Below are positions 61,777 to 64,000 of a stretch of DNA of 64,000 nt, piece by piece. The position numbers were made by a program, and so were the translations under genes. Source of the stretch: Clostridia bacterium (lineage in GTDB: Bacteria; Bacillota; Clostridia; TANB77; CAG-508); the NCBI GenBank assembly GCA_045643205.1, contig JAZUKI010000003.1, forward strand, positions 128,001 through 192,000, read 5' to 3'. The notes below the pieces were generated by a model, which saw only the letters and a program-made list of their open reading frames with translations, searched no databases and was not told the DNA's origin. Positions within the stretch are counted from its first letter, which is position 1; each line of letters opens with the position of its first letter.

Positions 61777-62525
61777 CAACACATTATATAATTATGAGTA
61801 GTAGTTATTCAAAAGGAAAGAGGATTGCTTTAAGTAATTTAGTAAAAGAAAAAGATTATCTTGAATTAAGAGAAATAGTCCAAGATATTACTAGTAAATG
61901 TGGTAAAGACGTATCATTATCTACGCATTTTGTTCAGACTGATTCAGAATCCTGGGAATCAGTTGTTGAAAAAGATCATTTTTTTAAAGGTGTAGAAGTA
62001 ATAGAAAGTAAAGAAAAATTTATTGAATTAATTCAAAAAGATAGAACTTTAAAAGGATTGGATGTTGCAAGGTATATACTTTCTAAAGTAAAATGTACAC
62101 ATCTAAAATTAGAAAAATTAGTATATTTATGTTTTGCAGATTACTTGTGCAAATATGATAAAGAATTATTCGAAGATGAAATTTATGCATATAAGTATGG
62201 GCCAGTTGTAGATAGTGTATATGAAAAATATAAAGGTTCTGGATATAAAGAAATTGAACAAGAAGAAATAGATATAGATATAGATAGTACAGGTATCATG
62301 GAAATGCCATCAAGAAGTAGAATTCTTTTTGTTGAAGATGGTATTGAAAAAATCAAGAGTATAGATGAAACTTTGGAAAAATATGGTGATTTTTCAGCAG
62401 GTGATCTTGTAGATTTAACACATAAGAAACATACTCCTTGGGATATGACAGGAAGAGGAAAAGAGCAATATGGTATTATTAAAAATGATATAATAAAAAA
62501 ATATCATTCTTATGAATGTATTTAA
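61773..62525 (+). CDS. Panacea (DUF4065/SocA-like) antitoxin with N-terminal extension
   Basis: LKLEKLVY, AYKYGPVV, LVDLTH..TPW motifs; TTG start overlapping toxin stop, GGAGG RBS. Confidence 0.85.
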   Translation: MTTHYIIMSSSYSKGKRIALSNLVKEKDYLELREIVQDITSKCGKDVSLSTHFVQTDSESWESVVEKDHFFKGVEVIESKEKFIELIQKDRTLKGLDVARYILSKVKCTHLKLEKLVYLCFADYLCKYDKELFEDEIYAYKYGPVVDSVYEKYKGSGYKEIEQEEIDIDIDSTGIMEMPSRSRILFVEDGIEKIKSIDETLEKYGDFSAGDLVDLTHKKHTPWDMTGRGKEQYGIIKNDIIKKYHSYECI

Positions 62526-62548
62526 AGCCGAGAATTAACTCGGCTTTT
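62524..62548. terminator. bidirectional intrinsic terminator
   Basis: AAAGCCGAG/CTCGGCTTT stem. Confidence 0.8.
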
Positions 62549-62553
62549 ACTAT

Positions 62554-62856
62554 TTAATTCAAACTCTCAAAACACCCCATCGCAATTTGGCTTCCATCAA
62601 CAAACCCATTCCTATAATACTTTTCATTCCAATAAGTTATATAATCTAAAAAGTTATCATCAAGTTTATTAAGTTGCTTTTGAACATATTTTTTATTTTC
62701 ATTAGGTACATTTCTTAAAATATTTTTAGCTATTTCCTCAAAATAAATCCAATGTTTTTTATCTTCTTCACATGTAAGTGCAGATAAATCTTCCTCTCTA
62801 TAAGCTATCAATTGGGCTAATATATCGTTATCATTTACTTCTCTAAAATTACTCAT
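62554..62856 (-). CDS. hypothetical protein (YYRNGFVDG C-terminal motif)
   Basis: ATG 62856 after GGAGGT RBS; downstream of tnpV. Confidence 0.7.
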   Translation of the reverse strand: MSNFREVNDNDILAQLIAYREEDLSALTCEEDKKHWIYFEEIAKNILRNVPNENKKYVQKQLNKLDDNFLDYITYWNEKYYRNGFVDGSQIAMGCFESLN

Positions 62857-62870
62857 ATCTAAAATACCTC

Positions 62871-63227
62871 CTACCAATAAATTAATTCATTCAAAACAAT
62901 TTCTTCAGCAACATTTTTAAAGTTATTCATTAAGCCAACCCATTTTAATTGATTTTTTGCTTTTAGTTTTTCATCAACGTTATTTTCTTTAGCCATTTCT
63001 CTAATAGTTATTCTTACTATTTTGTTACATCTTTCATCTATACCATTTAAACAACTAATTAGTGAGCCATTCATCATTAATTCGTTATATAAGCCTCTTT
63101 TATTTTCTTTAACATAATTTAACCTAGCTCTACCATATTTGCCTAAAATAACATTCTCGCCATTTTCTATAGCTAAATTAGGAATTAAATAATCTCCTTT
63201 TTTACGATAAGTAATTTTATTATTCAT
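62871..63227 (-). CDS. tnpV: TnpV family protein
   Basis: YRKKGDYLIPNL, GKYG, LKAKNQLKWVGLMNN, AEEIV motifs; ATG 63227 after GGAGG. Confidence 0.88.
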   Translation of the reverse strand: MNNKITYRKKGDYLIPNLAIENGENVILGKYGRARLNYVKENKRGLYNELMMNGSLISCLNGIDERCNKIVRITIREMAKENNVDEKLKAKNQLKWVGLMNNFKNVAEEIVLNELIYW

Positions 63228-63425
63228 TTTTAAAACCTCCAAAATAAAATTTTAGGTTTCCCATTTTATAAAAATTGTTAAAAAATCATCAAAAATAATT
63301 GGGAAAAACTTCTCAAAAAAGTACCAAAAATTACACAAATGTTTGATTTTTTATTTCCAAAATTTTTATTGATAAATCAGCTAAAACCCGCAATTTCACT
63401 AAATTTCAAAAGCCTTTCAACCGGC

Positions 63426-63441
63426 CTCATAACCCGAAGGT
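63426..63441 (+). other. tRNA-fMet-like fragment, putative att core
   Basis: CTCATAACCCGAAGGT matches the anticodon loop and 3' stem of Firmicute initiator tRNA as recalled. Confidence 0.55.
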
Positions 63442-63469
63442 TTAACTTAATCTACTACAAACATAAACA

Positions 63470-63501
63470 AAAAGAGGATTGATTCATTCAATCCTCTTTT
63501 T
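63470..63501 (-). terminator. intrinsic terminator
   Basis: AAAAGAGGATTGA/TCAATCCTCTTTT stem. Confidence 0.8.
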
Positions 63502-63561
63502 ACATATGTATTCAACCATAAAATATCCGATATACATATTAAACAGCAATGCTAAATTTTA

Positions 63562-64000
63562 TTATAAATCTCCGTGCCCATCATCATGAAAATTGTTTTG
63601 CTTTTTGTTATCTGAAACATTTGAAGTTTCAGATACTGAATTATTTTCAATTGAAGTATCTATATTAGAAACAGCTTGTTCTTTTTTATTTATCAATGCT
63701 TTGAATTCATCACTATTTAAGTAGTTTGTAATGTCAGTAAGTTGCAAACTTTCTGGAACATTTAATGGTTCTCTTAATAGTTGATAAGTTGCAAATAAAT
63801 ATTTATTAACAAATGTATATAGCGGACTTTCTTTTGAAACTTCGATAACTTTCTTTAATTCTAAGTGTCTACTATCGTAAGTTGTAATCATTGTAGTTTC
63901 ATCAATTGCACGAGAATCCTCTTCAATAGAGAATGCAAAAGGTGTAATAAAATCAACTGCATCAATGAAGTCATTCCACTTTTCTGTATTTCCTTTAGGT
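63562..64000 (-). CDS. hypothetical protein, 5' end outside window
   Basis: Frame stays open from the window edge to the stop at 63562. Confidence 0.7.
   Translation of the reverse strand, partial: PKGNTEKWNDFIDAVDFITPFAFSIEEDSRAIDETTMITTYDSRHLELKKVIEVSKESPLYTFVNKYLFATYQLLREPLNVPESLQLTDITNYLNSDEFKALINKKEQAVSNIDTSIENNSVSETSNVSDNKKQNNFHDDGHGDL

Larger units (their letters stand above)
52560..63441. mobile_element. putative defence genomic island (no integrase visible)
   Basis: Type I R-M, TA pair and tnpV cluster; visibly C-poorer than flanking genes; tRNA-fMet-like fragment at right end; left boundary approximate. Confidence 0.6.

Overview
AT-rich chromosomal window from a low-GC Firmicute, probably an uncultured Clostridia lineage (inferred from sigma-A promoters, AGGAGG ribosome-binding sites, LPXTG proteins, MurT/GatD, LCP, ComEA and TnpV). 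Bases 1-52.5 kb are mostly core or envelope genes: murT-gatD, four ABC systems, two tandem sortase-anchored adhesins, tRNA-Pro, a GT4 glycosyltransferase, an M18 aminopeptidase, DUF5711-cvpA-LCP, a D,D-carboxypeptidase, comEA, a histone-H1/Hc2-like gene, marR, a YdjI/YdjG-like pair and an amidohydrolase. Bases ~52.6-63.4 kb look like a defence island: HTH regulator plus type I R-M, a decayed GIY-YIG/DUF4357 gene, a toxSAS-Panacea toxin-antitoxin pair, tnpV and a tRNA-fMet-like att remnant. Strongest candidates for new biology: (1) an ORF-free, hairpin-dense ~700-nt unit with its own promoter and terminator at 1471-2179, a candidate large structured ncRNA; (2) a MurT/GatD pair in which all three glutaminase triad residues are replaced; (3) an Hc2-like histone mimic sharing a palindrome with the neighbouring marR promoter; (4) dense N-X-S/T sequon arrays in the tails of several membrane proteins. 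All family calls come from motif recognition by eye; no searches were run.
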